From assembly GCF_018977255.1 (NCBI RefSeq), contig NW_024704742.1:12278001-12342000 (forward strand): a DNA stretch of 64,000 bases, read 5' to 3'. Below are positions 63,021 through 64,000 of the stretch, in pieces. This DNA comes from Callorhinchus milii (Eukaryota). Position 1 is the first letter of the stretch. Each line of letters opens with the position of its first letter. The notes beneath the pieces were generated by a model. That model was not told where the DNA came from. It saw only the letters and a program-made list of their open reading frames with translations, and did no database searches. Both the position numbers and the translations under genes were made by a program.

Positions 63021-64000
63021 TACATTTTAATTACTTTATCCTGGGTTTAAGACGACCTGCAGCTTTGGATTCCCCAGATTGAAGTTGCAGATTTGACTTG
63101 TGGTCTGCAAGTTGCCAACAAGTTAGGATGCTACAGTACGCTACTGCACCCTTAAGTTAGCAAGAAGAAAAGAAACAGACAGGATTTCTACTTCTGATTG
63201 TTTTTAGAGATATCATAGCTAAAGTGTGGAATGGGGAGTTGGACTCAGACTTCACAAAACATTCTTGGATGGGCCTTTGAGAGGCCCATGTGTGAGGCAT
63301 GTCAGTGAGTGTTGGCAGACCACTCAACTGTAGGGAGTGTTAGAGCCAAGCCTGACCTCTCTTCACATAACTCATACACAGCCACAAAATCAGTAGGAGC
63401 ACTGAGGGTTCTGGATCAAGGTCAGTTTAGCTTTCCCCATGCAGCTCTGACTGAGACCAGCAAACTGAGCAAAAGATTTATATTTGACCCAACAAACTCT
63501 TAGTTCATCATCTGCAACTCTATCCACTGAGCCATCAGAGCTGCAGGAAGATGTATTTTTAACTCATTGTTCCAAATACAAAAATTGCCATCATGAGCCA
63601 ATCTTTGCATCTTTTCTAATCCATCCAGAGCTCTTTAGGAGAATCAGATTTGGATATTATATTTTACATAAGATTCCATCCAATTTCTTTAGAAATTGAG
63701 AGATGTCTGTCCCTATTTTCTATAGAAGTAGTGATATAACATAGCATTCTTTTGTTTTGTTAATGTATTAGTGAAATAATTTAAATTTGTCATGGTGCTT
63801 ATGCGAAAATGTGTCATTAGTAATAATCCTTGCATTTAAAATAGTGCCTTATCACATCGTTGAGATGCCTCAAAGCGCTTCACTCTAAAGTGGATTGAGT
63901 GAATACTGTGTATTTTGGGGCGAAATGTCAGCCACTTTGGAACTCTCTCCCTCAATCTCTCTGCTTTGCCCACTCCTTCCCCATTTGCAGATCATCCCTG

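Overview
Vertebrate nuclear DNA. The repeat content (CR1/HER1-like and L2 LINEs, Deu-domain SINEs, Penelope hairpins) suggests a cartilaginous fish; this is an inference. The + strand carries 11 consecutive coding exons (49-55635, 1944 nt = 648 codons, all GT-AG, phases compatible, no stops) of an ABCA1/ABCA4/ABCA7-family lipid transporter, from the end of ECD1 through TM2-6 to an intact NBD1. The gene extends beyond both window edges. The introns are packed with mobile DNA: a young tRNA-Ala-derived SINE with an L2-type tail, older DeuSINEs, L2 and CR1 LINEs (one apparently full length), a mini-CR1, two Penelope-derived hairpins, a decayed retrovirus-type pol and an LTR-like element with unassigned ORF remnants. 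Most notable: (1) the transporter's lipid-gateway residues are remodelled while the ATPase motifs are intact; (2) the retroviral pol is circularly permuted and bounded by ~230-bp direct repeats; (3) the LTR-like relic carries coiled-coil and exon-like cargo; (4) hammerhead-ribozyme vestiges sit in TSD-flanked Penelope hairpins; (5) an in-frame ORF1-ORF2 fusion mini-CR1 has a tandem, TATA-containing 5' repeat. No prokaryotic-type system, CRISPR array or true RNA gene is supported. All family assignments come from motif recognition and recall, not from database searches.
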